Part shown: in pieces, positions 45,214 to 54,021 of the stretch
How the letters are laid out: every line of letters starts with the position of its first letter
How positions within the stretch are numbered: position 1 is the first letter of the stretch
Assembly (NCBI GenBank): GCA_965223265.1
Contig: OZ244999.1
Coordinates: forward strand, 7,520,001-7,584,000
Length of the DNA stretch: 64,000 nt
Direction of reading: 5' to 3'
Origin: Planctomycetota bacterium
Lineage (GTDB): Bacteria > Planctomycetota > UBA8108 > SXIK01
Program-made: the position numbers and the translations under genes
Notes under the pieces: model-generated
The model's database searches: none
What the model was told of the DNA's origin: nothing
Seen by the model: the letters and a program-made list of their open reading frames with translations, nothing else

Positions 45214-46971
45214 ATGAAGAGTCACGCCATCCGAAGCCGGCAAACGGTTCTGGCCTTGGGCCTTCTTCTGCTGCTTTCCCACAAGTCTTCGAACGCAGCC
45301 GAGATTTCCTGGAGCGGCGGCACAGGGAGCGATTGGAACGTCGCCTCCAACTGGCTCCCATTCTTCGACGGCGAGAGAATCGTCCAACGTGTGCCTGGTG
45401 ACGGCGACATTGCTTCTCTCGTCGCGTCGCGGACCAGCGGCAGCGCGGCCCTGTCGTCGGACGCCCAACGCCTCGGCGGTCTCCGGGTTGGCGGCGGGAT
45501 GATGCTCCGCACGAACGGCTTCCAAATGGGCGTCGTCGGGGAGCCGCGGCGCAGCACTGTAGTCAACGGCGAACGTTCGGTGATCGTCGTGACACCGGTC
45601 GCAGACGCCCCCAAACGCGCCGCTCTCACGACCGATTTCCTGTCTGTTGCTGCCGCCGGACACGTTCAAATGGCAGAAGGTGTCTTGACGGTCAACGTAG
45701 GAGCGACACTGAGCGCGCAAGGATCGCTCAGCGGCTCTGGAAACGTTCAGTTCCTGAACACTCCGGGGCGCCCGGAGTCTGTAGTCCTGACGAACGATGG
45801 CAGCATCGCGCTCGATCGGTCGCGATTGGTTCTCAGTGCACCGGCTGGCGGCAAGTTCGACCTCGACGGCAGCAGCGAAGACGGCGCCATCGTCGTTGGA
45901 CCCAGCTCTCAGCTGGCGGTACTCGGTCGGCTGTCAGAGCCCTTCGGGGGCCGGATCGAGGTCAGCACATCGAGCACCCTCGAACTCTCAGACGCTCTTG
46001 AGCTCGAAGATGCCGGGCGACTCTTCATGCACGGTGGAATCGCGCTCAACTTCGTCGGTCGCATCGTCGCCCCAGAGGTCGCTATCTACGGCCAGATGCA
46101 CGTCAACGGCGCCGGGATCTTTGAATCTGACGTCTACTTTGCACCTCTCTCCACAACCGAACTCGCGGACAGTCGAGAGTACGGCACCACTCTCAACCTC
46201 TTCGGGAGTAAGAGCACGATCGCCGCGCGTGCTCGGTTCACCGGTCACGGAAAGCTCCTTGTCGACCGAGGCGGCAGGCTCCACCTCGAGAGTGGTGCGC
46301 AGGTCGATGTCGCCGTCAACGTGAAACACGCCTTGATGACGCTCGAGGGCGGCGCCGCCATTCGCGACGAGTATCGTCAACACAGAACCGGGTCGCTGCA
46401 GGTCGACGTCGGCGGCACCGAGCCGGGAACGCACGATCACCTGTTAGTGAAGGGAGACGCCATTCTCGACGGCACGCTCATCGTAGAGCTCGAAAAGTCG
46501 TATATCCCAAACCGTGGCCATACGTTCGAAGTTCTCCAGGCCGAGGGCTCAGTCAAAGGCACGTTCGCCTCTGTCGATGCGCCCGAACTCCCAGATGACC
46601 TCGGATGGAGGGTCGTATACAACGCAGACGATGTGCATCTGATGGTTGTCGACAGCGTTGACACGGAACGCGGACTCGTCCGCATTGGTGATTGCAATCA
46701 AGACGGCGACCTCGACGTCTCTGACCCGATTTGTACCTTGCTTCACCTCTTCGGGGGCGGTGGCAAAGAGCTGCCGTGCGGTGACGGCACTGCGAGCGAC
46801 AATAGCAACGTGCTCCTTCTCGACGTCAACGACGACGACGCACTCGACCTATCAGACGCCATCTACGTTCTTGGCTACTTGTTCGCTGACGGACCAGAAC
46901 CCGCCGGAGGAGTGAATTGCATTCGGGTCGAGGGCTGCACCTCGACCTGCTCGTTCACGGAACCTGAGTAG
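45214..46971 (+). CDS. Secreted beta-helix/autotransporter-passenger-like protein with C-terminal paired Ca-binding (dockerin-like) domain
   Basis: Signal peptide, W.GG...DWN.ASNW, Gly-rich beta repeats, D.L.V.G.A.LDGTL, and C-terminal GDCNQDGDLDVSD...DVNDDDALDLSDAIY.L.YLF..GPEP. GAGAGG RBS. Confidence 0.8.
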   Translation: MKSHAIRSRQTVLALGLLLLLSHKSSNAAEISWSGGTGSDWNVASNWLPFFDGERIVQRVPGDGDIASLVASRTSGSAALSSDAQRLGGLRVGGGMMLRTNGFQMGVVGEPRRSTVVNGERSVIVVTPVADAPKRAALTTDFLSVAAAGHVQMAEGVLTVNVGATLSAQGSLSGSGNVQFLNTPGRPESVVLTNDGSIALDRSRLVLSAPAGGKFDLDGSSEDGAIVVGPSSQLAVLGRLSEPFGGRIEVSTSSTLELSDALELEDAGRLFMHGGIALNFVGRIVAPEVAIYGQMHVNGAGIFESDVYFAPLSTTELADSREYGTTLNLFGSKSTIAARARFTGHGKLLVDRGGRLHLESGAQVDVAVNVKHALMTLEGGAAIRDEYRQHRTGSLQVDVGGTEPGTHDHLLVKGDAILDGTLIVELEKSYIPNRGHTFEVLQAEGSVKGTFASVDAPELPDDLGWRVVYNADDVHLMVVDSVDTERGLVRIGDCNQDGDLDVSDPICTLLHLFGGGGKELPCGDGTASDNSNVLLLDVNDDDALDLSDAIYVLGYLFADGPEPAGGVNCIRVEGCTSTCSFTEPE

Positions 46972-47041
46972 CCCCGTTGAAGAAGTCCATTCATGGGCAA
47001 GCGCCCACCGCGTCCGACGTACCGGCGCGACCGATGCCAAC

Positions 47042-47596
47042 TCACAACGCGTGACTGAGCAGTTCCATAAACGCCCGCAAGACCGGCGTGTTGTCTTCCC
47101 AGCCGCGCCCGGTCACCAAGAGTCCGTCGACGACACAGGGTTCATCGACGTACTTCGCGCCCCCTTGCTCCGCGTCCAGCGCACATTTGGGCACAGTCGT
47201 CACCGTGCGGCCGCGGATGCAATCCGCCGCCGACAGGATCTCGATGCCGTGACAGAGCGCAGCAACCGGCTTCGCTGCCTCGAAGAAGTGACGCGTGATC
47301 CGCAACAAGTCCTCATCGTAGCGGAGATACTCGGGAGCCCGACCGCCCGAAACGAACATTCCCACGAACTCCGTCGGGTCCACGTCGCGAAACGCTGCGG
47401 TCGCCGTCAGGTGGTACCCGAGACGTTCCCGCGTGATATCCCACCCATCGGGTTTCTGATGCATTGCCATCTGGTAGGTGCGCGCTTCGGGTCCGGCGAC
47501 GACGAGCTCGAATCCATCTTCGGGAATACGAAAGTAAGCGATCATCGTGTCGAGCACTTCAGTCGCATCACCGATGGGCATCAATACCTTTGGCAT
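47042..47596 (-). CDS. DJ-1/PfpI family protein
   Basis: GD.TE, SGGRAPEYLR, ALCHG (nucleophile Cys) and VVDG.LVT. Confidence 0.9.
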   Translation of the reverse strand: MPKVLMPIGDATEVLDTMIAYFRIPEDGFELVVAGPEARTYQMAMHQKPDGWDITRERLGYHLTATAAFRDVDPTEFVGMFVSGGRAPEYLRYDEDLLRITRHFFEAAKPVAALCHGIEILSAADCIRGRTVTTVPKCALDAEQGGAKYVDEPCVVDGLLVTGRGWEDNTPVLRAFMELLSHAL

Positions 47597-47650
47597 GTCG
47601 GGTTTCCTCAGTGGGTTTTCTCTGTATGCTTGCGTCGCGGACGGCCGTAC

Positions 47651-47959
47651 CTACACCGGAGTGGTCACACGAATCTCCGCAGAGGCGACGAACTCCTTAA
47701 CGCGCTCGCGGTACGATAGCATGTGTGGCGCGCGCAGGTGCGCTTCGAGGTGATCCTCGCTCTCCCATGCCTCGACGATGGTGACGACATTTGGGCGCGG
47801 CGCGGCAATGCGTTCGAGGCCCAGATCGACATCGATCGTGGGCTCGTAACGAATGCAGCCCGCCTCAGCCAGGACTGTCGGCACGACGCCCTCGAGTTCG
47901 CTCAAGAATGCTTCGCGCGTGCCGGGATAGAGCTCGATCGCAGCATGAACGTAGATCAT
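47651..47959 (-). CDS. Putative quinol monooxygenase (ABM domain, YgiN-like)
   Basis: VLAEAGCIRYEP..D and IVEAWES...LEAHL.APHM..YR. Confidence 0.88.
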   Translation of the reverse strand: MIYVHAAIELYPGTREAFLSELEGVVPTVLAEAGCIRYEPTIDVDLGLERIAAPRPNVVTIVEAWESEDHLEAHLRAPHMLSYRERVKEFVASAEIRVTTPV

Positions 47960-48205
47960 GATGAAAACGACTCCGCAAACGTTGTTTCTTCCGTCGTTTT
48001 TCCGAACCTCGACATCCGTACAGATGCCGTTGATTTGACTACCCGCTCGCCGTAGTGCCTCGCCACCGAAGCCGACGACTGCGGCCGCATCCTTTACACA
48101 CCGGCAACCCGCGGAACCTCACGAGCTTATCCTTGCCTTCGCTGGCGCGAATTCGAAATGCCGCGCCCGCAGGCGCTCAGAGTTTCTCGGACGCCACAGA
48201 CGAAT

Positions 48206-49834
48206 TCAAGAATCTTTCGTCTGCTCTGGCTCTGCTGTGGAACGGGGCTCGTCGTTATAAAACGGCAGCACCCATTCGCGAGCGTCGCCGCCCTCGGTCG
48301 CCCGCTCGAAATGAAGACGCACCTTCTTCTCGACTATATCGTTGTTGAGATATGGTAGCCCAAGACAGTTCCAGAGTCGCTGCGCCGTCGCACCAGTGGG
48401 ACGTCGACAAAAAGTGGAAAACTCATCGCAGCGCCCGTCAAGGAAGTCGATGAGATCGTTCGCCCAGTAGACTTCGTTTGGTGTACACGACGGTCTCTCG
48501 GCGGTGAACTGCAGTCGTGCGAACGAGCAGACGAAATCCGCTTCCTCATGGTTGGTGGAGTGACCAAAGCGTATGCGGATGCGGTATTCGCCGCCACCTG
48601 CAGCTAGCAGGTGTTCAATCGGAGGATTTCGCGCACCGACGAGATGAGGCAAGAAACGATGGTTCAGACAGTCCGAGATGCGCTGGCGCTGCTCGGCAAC
48701 GCTACGCTGCGAGTCGTCGAGCGGCGCGTCGGGGAATCTCTCGAAGAGCGAAAGGTCGATATCGAACTCCCTCTCCTCCTCGCGATCACGTATGTCGAAC
48801 CATGTGCACGTCTGCTCAGAGACGATGTCGCCAGCCGCAAGCTCGTAGCAAACACCAGGAACGAACGCTTCGGTTCTATGCTCACACCCCCACTGCATCG
48901 CGACCTCCCGCTCAATCGTGACGCGGTCCTGCACGCGGATGGGAAACAGGACGCGGTTCCACGCCGGGTCAACCTCCTGCGGGAAGCAGATGCCCTGCCC
49001 GCCGATCAGTCGAACGACGCGCGGGTCGCGCCACAGGTCGAGCAGAGGTTCCGGCGGGGGACCCAAGTCGTCCAGTAGACCCACGTCATCGTCGTCATCG
49101 AGGGCTTCCAGAAAGTCGCGCGCTTCGTCGTTGTCACCGTCGAGCGGCGCGTACGCATCGTGAACGTCGTCGTACACCGCTTCGATGCAGGCGTCTAATC
49201 GTTGCCGCCGCTCGTCATGGCTCTGCGCCGCCAGCATCGACATGGTCGCCCCGCCCTCGTTCAGTGTGGTCAGAAAACAGACCGTCGAGGGGTCGTCAGC
49301 GAGAAACTTCTTGGAGAGCTCGACGCGGACTTCCGGGTGATAGAACGGCAAGACAGCGTCGGCTTCGTTGACGAACGTCTCCCGCTCGCCGCGTACAACA
49401 AGCACCATTACATCGTCTTCGTTCGTTGCCGCGGTTTCGGGGTTGAAGAAACCTTCAAGCACCAGTCCGCTCAAGTCGTAGGTTTCGCCTTCACGGAGAT
49501 ACGTGATGGAGACGCCTCGGAGGAATTCTCGCATCGTGCGGTCCAAGAAACGGAGGCTTTCCGGAAGCACGAGACGAGGCCGCGTTTCGAGCTCGCGCCA
49601 AAGACGCGCCAACGTGTAGGGGTCAAGGTGGTCGGTGTGGGCATGCGACACGAAGATCGCGTCGAGCGGCTCGAACGCAGGCGCATCATAGCGCAGGCGC
49701 GGGAACCGGCCTTGAAGATCGCCAACGATGTAATCGGAAAGCCAAGGATCGCCAAGAAGGCGCACCGGCTCAGCGCGCGCCGTTGTTTCCATCTCCAGAA
49801 GAAACGCACTATGACCGAGCGACGTGACTTTCAT
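48206..49834 (-). CDS. Metallo-beta-lactamase fold hydrolase with long uncharacterised C-terminal region
   Basis: LGHSAFL, DPWL and SHAHTDHLD (HxHxDH). Its start overlaps the upstream stop (ATGA at 49834-49831). Confidence 0.82.
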   Translation of the reverse strand: MKVTSLGHSAFLLEMETTARAEPVRLLGDPWLSDYIVGDLQGRFPRLRYDAPAFEPLDAIFVSHAHTDHLDPYTLARLWRELETRPRLVLPESLRFLDRTMREFLRGVSITYLREGETYDLSGLVLEGFFNPETAATNEDDVMVLVVRGERETFVNEADAVLPFYHPEVRVELSKKFLADDPSTVCFLTTLNEGGATMSMLAAQSHDERRQRLDACIEAVYDDVHDAYAPLDGDNDEARDFLEALDDDDDVGLLDDLGPPPEPLLDLWRDPRVVRLIGGQGICFPQEVDPAWNRVLFPIRVQDRVTIEREVAMQWGCEHRTEAFVPGVCYELAAGDIVSEQTCTWFDIRDREEEREFDIDLSLFERFPDAPLDDSQRSVAEQRQRISDCLNHRFLPHLVGARNPPIEHLLAAGGGEYRIRIRFGHSTNHEEADFVCSFARLQFTAERPSCTPNEVYWANDLIDFLDGRCDEFSTFCRRPTGATAQRLWNCLGLPYLNNDIVEKKVRLHFERATEGGDAREWVLPFYNDEPRSTAEPEQTKDS

Positions 49835-50397
49835 GTAACTCCAGAGTGTGGCCGCGGGCAGTACGCTCCGCGACTGTAGTTCTCGCTGTCGAGCCCAAAT
49901 CCGCGATTAAACCGCGCGCGGTAGTTCTCCCAAGCAACCATCGCGGTCAACTCAACCAGCTGCGCTTCGTCGAACGTCTTCCAAAGCTCCGCGAAGAGCA
50001 CATCATCAACGTCAGCCGGCGTATCGGTCATGGCATCCGCGTATCGCAGACAAACCTTTTCGACGGACGAGAAAACCTCGCTGTGCTCATAGTCCCCAAG
50101 CGCCTCGAGCGCCTCGGTCGTCAATCCCTGTTCTCTGCCCACGGCAGAACCGATGTCGATTCAGAAAAGACATCCAACGCGCATCGCCACCCGGACTTGC
50201 AAAAGGCTCTTCAACTTCGGATCGAGCCGCTGGGCGCCCGTCAGAGCGGTCTCCATCTCAGCGAATCCCTTCAAAACTCTCGGGTGGTGCGCCGCGATGC
50301 GAACACTTGCGGGGACGGTACCAAACTTCCGGCGCAACGCCCAATACACAATCCGCGCAAACACATTCCGTGCCGGGGAACCTTGAATGCGAGCCAT
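49831..50397 (-). CDS. AhpD/carboxymuconolactone decarboxylase family protein with in-frame UGA (CxxU), candidate selenoprotein, 188 aa
   Basis: ORFs 50161-50397 and 49831-50142 are in one frame (567 nt). The junction reads GGA TGT CTT TTC TGA ATC GAC ATC GGT TCT = G-C-L-F-U-I-D-I-G-S. Downstream come F...E...L.YA..MT, F.E.QLVELT..VAWEN.RARFN. Confidence 0.85.
50130..50150 (-). promoter_or_regulatory. Candidate bacterial SECIS-like hairpin
   Basis: GTTCTGCC-GTG-GGCAGAGAAC starts 11 nt after the UGA. It forms an 8-bp stem with a 2-nt bulge and a small apical loop starting with G. Confidence 0.5.
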
Positions 50398-50772
50398 CGT
50401 TTACCTCTGTCAACGATCCTGCCGAGCTCGACTCCCTCGCTCGCCCACGCGAGCCGAGGGATCTGTCCATGTGATCAGATTCCAAGAATGGTAGGGCGTC
50501 AGAGGGGGAGAGAACAAGTCTGGCCTGCTCATCTACTGCGGTCGTCTAGCGCCCCCCAGCTACCGAGAAGGATCAAGAACACGAGTGGCGTCGTCAACCA
50601 GCATCACCGATCGTAGTCCATCATGATCATCCGGACGAGCGAGTACTCACGAACGTTCCCACCGACCCGCTGAGCCGCCCCGATACCTCGCCGCGGGTCG
50701 ACGTGCTCGAACGTGGCGGAGAGTAGTGCCCAGCCTCTACCGGTAGCGATCGAGGCTCGCTACCATGGCGTC

Positions 50773-51582
50773 ATGGCCTGGACGCTCTGCTTGAACACTA
50801 GCACGATCAAACCGCAGCCACTTCTCGAGAAGGTGCGTCTGAGCGCCGAGGCGGGATTCGAAGCGATCGAGCTGTGGATCAACGATGTCTACGAATTCGT
50901 CGGTCGTGGTGGCGAAGTCCGCGATCTTGAGAAAGCTCTGGCAGACTCGGGACTCCGTGTTCCCTGCATGATCGCTCTGAAGGGGTGGGGTGACGCGAGC
51001 GAAGAGGAATACCCACAGGCACTCGAGGAGGTGAAGCGGCGCATGGAGCTGTGCGCCCGCCTTGGCTCGCCCTACGTCGTCACCACACCGCCCCGCTCGC
51101 CATGCCCGGTGGACCAAGTCACGCGGCGCTACGGGGATGTCCTCGCCATCGGACGCGCGGTGGGCGTTACGCCGACGTTCGAGTACCTAAGCTTCAGCCG
51201 TTCCGTCTCGCGCCTCGACGCCGCCTGGCAGATCGTTCAAGACACAGGCGCTCGTGACGCGACGCTGATCGTTGATGCCTTCCACAACTGGAACAGCGGA
51301 TCGACGTGCGACGATTTGAGCAAGATCCCCGGCGAGCGCGTCAGCCACTACCACATCGACGATGCTCATCCGGACAAACCGCCGCTCACCCAGCTTGATC
51401 CCGACCGCGTCATGATTGGCGACGGGGCCATCGATCTCGCGGCGGAAATCCAGGTGCTGCGCGACATCGGCTACGAAGGCGCGATCAGCCTTGAACTTTT
51501 CAACGAGGAACTCTGGGCGCAGGATCCGCGCGATGTTCTACGCCTCGGCTTGGAGCGTATGCGGGCGCTGCTCGAAACTTAG
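50773..51582 (+). CDS. Sugar phosphate isomerase/epimerase (IolI/AP-endonuclease-2 fold)
   Basis: LNTSTI, AGFEAIELW, FEY, DAFH, HYHIDD, DRVMIGDG and GYEG.ISLELFN. Confidence 0.9.
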   Translation: MAWTLCLNTSTIKPQPLLEKVRLSAEAGFEAIELWINDVYEFVGRGGEVRDLEKALADSGLRVPCMIALKGWGDASEEEYPQALEEVKRRMELCARLGSPYVVTTPPRSPCPVDQVTRRYGDVLAIGRAVGVTPTFEYLSFSRSVSRLDAAWQIVQDTGARDATLIVDAFHNWNSGSTCDDLSKIPGERVSHYHIDDAHPDKPPLTQLDPDRVMIGDGAIDLAAEIQVLRDIGYEGAISLELFNEELWAQDPRDVLRLGLERMRALLET

Positions 51583-51741
51583 CAGCCCGTTGAAAAAGTC
51601 ATTCGGCCGAGAAACCGGCCTCTTCGCGCCCAGCTCGACCGCGTCAATACTCGAAAATCTCAGAGATTACCTGCGTTTGCCGCGGCCGATCTGGACGCGA
51701 AGAGACCAGTTTTCGGCTCGAAGCACTTTTTCAACGGGCTG
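51583..51741. mobile_element. MITE copy 2 (159 bp, perfect 17-bp TIRs, TTAG target-site duplication)
   Basis: CAGCCCGTTGAAAAAGT ... ACTTTTTCAACGGGCTG, flanked by TTAG at 51579-51582 and 51742-51745. Reverse complement of copy 1 with a 13-bp shorter centre. Confidence 0.88.
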
Positions 51742-51850
51742 TTAGTCCAACCGAGCGGCTGCGAAACGGCGGCAAGCAGAGTCTGTAGCGCGAATTGGGA
51801 GTGCGACCTCTGAACGCGCTAACCGGGCGCACAGAACCGAGTCTCGAGAA

Positions 51851-53749
51851 CTACGCGAAGTAAAACATCATGAAGATCGCCACCGCGGCCAGCAGCCCCG
51901 CCCAAAATCGATCTTCGCTGCAGATACCTATGAGCGGCACGTCGGCCGCCCCTTCGGCGGCCCGCCGCCGTACATTGGTGAGCGCCGCTTTGGCGAAAAG
52001 CGCCCACGTGAAGAGTGCAGCCACCCAAGCGCTCACTGTGGAGCTCAGCGTGCCGGTGTAGACGAGAATGCCGAGAACGATCCATAGGAGCAGTGCCGCG
52101 CCGACGCCCAAAAAACCTCGCTTGAGGGCGGCCGGATCGTGGCCGCCGAGGTCCGTCCAAGTGAGGCGAGACCTCTCGTCACCGCCGGCCGCGTCGTCGC
52201 CATGCTGGGCGTCCGCATTCGATTGCGTCAGAAGACTGACGACCACGTGCGCAACGGCGGCGCAAATCGCCGCGACGAAGACCGAGTGCATGAAATTGAG
52301 CTCACGCCCAAACGTCTCACTGAGACTGGTGAGTTGACCGCTTGCAACCAAGTCTTTGTAGAGCGGTGGCAATCCATACGACACCAAGATGCCGATCACG
52401 ATCGACGCAATCGCCCCGGGCGAGGTCGCACGGCGCCAGAACATCCCGAGAGCGAAGGCAACGACCACGCCAGCGACGAGCTTTCCTTGGTGGCTGGCGA
52501 TCTGCAGGAAGAAGTGGTCCTCTGAGTTTGGATCCATGGTAAAGATCGTCAGTGCTGCCGAGGCAAAGATAAAGAAAGCGATCGCGACACTACCGACCAG
52601 AATGAGCTCGCGTTCTCCCGCCCCCCGGCGGACGTAGCGCTTGTAAAAGTCAAACGTGAAAATGGTCGCCGCTGAATTCAACATCGAATCGATCGACGAC
52701 AGAATCGCACCGACCACTCCTGCAGCGACAAGCCCGACGACGCCGAAACCCACAGGGGCGACGACGGTCTTGAGAAGTTCGGTGAAGGCCGCGTCAGCAT
52801 CACTTTCGATGCCGCGGGCCTGGAAGAGATAGAACGCTGCGATGCCACCACCGATCGACATGAACGGAATCAACAACTTGAAGAAGCCAGCGATGATGAT
52901 GCCAAGACGCGCTTCGCTGTCGCTGCGCGCTGCCAGGGCCCGCTGCACGATGAATTGATTCGTCCCCCAGTAATAGAAGTGGAGCACCATGAGCCCGCTG
53001 AGGACGCCGGACCACGGCAAGTCGGCGTGGTCTGAGGGCTGAAAGAGGCGCATGAGTCGCTCGTCGCCACGCGCCGCATCCATCGCCCGCATACCGGCCC
53101 AGCCGCCGATCTCAGGCTGCGCGAAGGTCAGCACTGCGACCACGATGCCCGCGATGAGCATGAGGACCGACTGGATCACGTCGGTGACGATCACTGCTTT
53201 GAGACCGCCGACGATGGTGTAGGTGCCGGTGACCACCGCCATCAAGACAATGCCGAGCGTGTAGTACGTCTGATCAATCGGCGCACCCGCTTCCTGCTGC
53301 AATAGAACATTGAGTGAACGCGAGCCGATGTAGAAACCGGGCACCGTTTGGATCACGACGATCACCGCGAGCATGATCAGCGCGTAGAGGACGCGGCTCG
53401 TCTCACCGTAACGCCGGCCCAAGTAATCACTCAGGGTGTAGATGCCAAGCTTGCGGTAGACGGGCAAAAAGCCGTAGCAGAGAAGAAGGAGGCCGGCGAT
53501 GGCGCTGATCTCAAAGTGACTCTGAGCAAAGCCGACGCCAAAGCCGACGCCCATCATGCCGATGATATGATTCGCCGAGACGTTGGAACCGAAGATCGAG
53601 GCGGCGACGCCCCACCAGCGCGTCGTGCGTCCCGCGAGGTAATAGTCGGACGCGGTCTCTTCCTTGCGCCCCGCCCAAAGTCCCGCGCCCATGACGAGGA
53701 GGAGCGAGCCGAAGAAGATGACGAGGTCGAACGGGGTGAGCACATTCAT
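51851..53749 (-). CDS. Sodium:solute symporter (SSS family, sugar/inositol type)
   Basis: DYYLAGR...WW....SIF.SN.S, YT..GGLKAVI.TDVIQ, YWGTNQFIVQRALAA and A..SSIDS.LNS.ATIFT.D.YK. Confidence 0.92.
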   Translation of the reverse strand: MNVLTPFDLVIFFGSLLLVMGAGLWAGRKEETASDYYLAGRTTRWWGVAASIFGSNVSANHIIGMMGVGFGVGFAQSHFEISAIAGLLLLCYGFLPVYRKLGIYTLSDYLGRRYGETSRVLYALIMLAVIVVIQTVPGFYIGSRSLNVLLQQEAGAPIDQTYYTLGIVLMAVVTGTYTIVGGLKAVIVTDVIQSVLMLIAGIVVAVLTFAQPEIGGWAGMRAMDAARGDERLMRLFQPSDHADLPWSGVLSGLMVLHFYYWGTNQFIVQRALAARSDSEARLGIIIAGFFKLLIPFMSIGGGIAAFYLFQARGIESDADAAFTELLKTVVAPVGFGVVGLVAAGVVGAILSSIDSMLNSAATIFTFDFYKRYVRRGAGERELILVGSVAIAFFIFASAALTIFTMDPNSEDHFFLQIASHQGKLVAGVVVAFALGMFWRRATSPGAIASIVIGILVSYGLPPLYKDLVASGQLTSLSETFGRELNFMHSVFVAAICAAVAHVVVSLLTQSNADAQHGDDAAGGDERSRLTWTDLGGHDPAALKRGFLGVGAALLLWIVLGILVYTGTLSSTVSAWVAALFTWALFAKAALTNVRRRAAEGAADVPLIGICSEDRFWAGLLAAVAIFMMFYFA

Positions 53750-54021
53750 CGGGCGACTGACTCCGGCTGGCAAGCTTGGGCGCGACGATCGACGCTACAG
53801 CGGACGGCATCGCGCGCGACGCGCGACGCCCCATTCGCGAAGGCGCCATTCTGACCAAAGGCCGCCAGGCGGTCAACGCGTCGCAAACGAGAGATCGAAA
53901 CGATCTACGTGGCCTCGTGCCTCGGGGACGCGGCCCGCCTGTCGCAGCACGCGTTCTTTCGTGATTCTCACCACCCCGCGTGGGCGATTCCAAGTGGAGA
54001 CGATCAGGGAAGCAGGCGCAG

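Noticed and set aside
46970-46987. Fourth MITE copy (AGCCCCGTTGAAGAAGTC resembles the TIR and overlaps a TAG stop)
   Set aside because: Only one imperfect end is present, with no internal sequence, second TIR or target duplication. It may be a remnant but cannot be supported.
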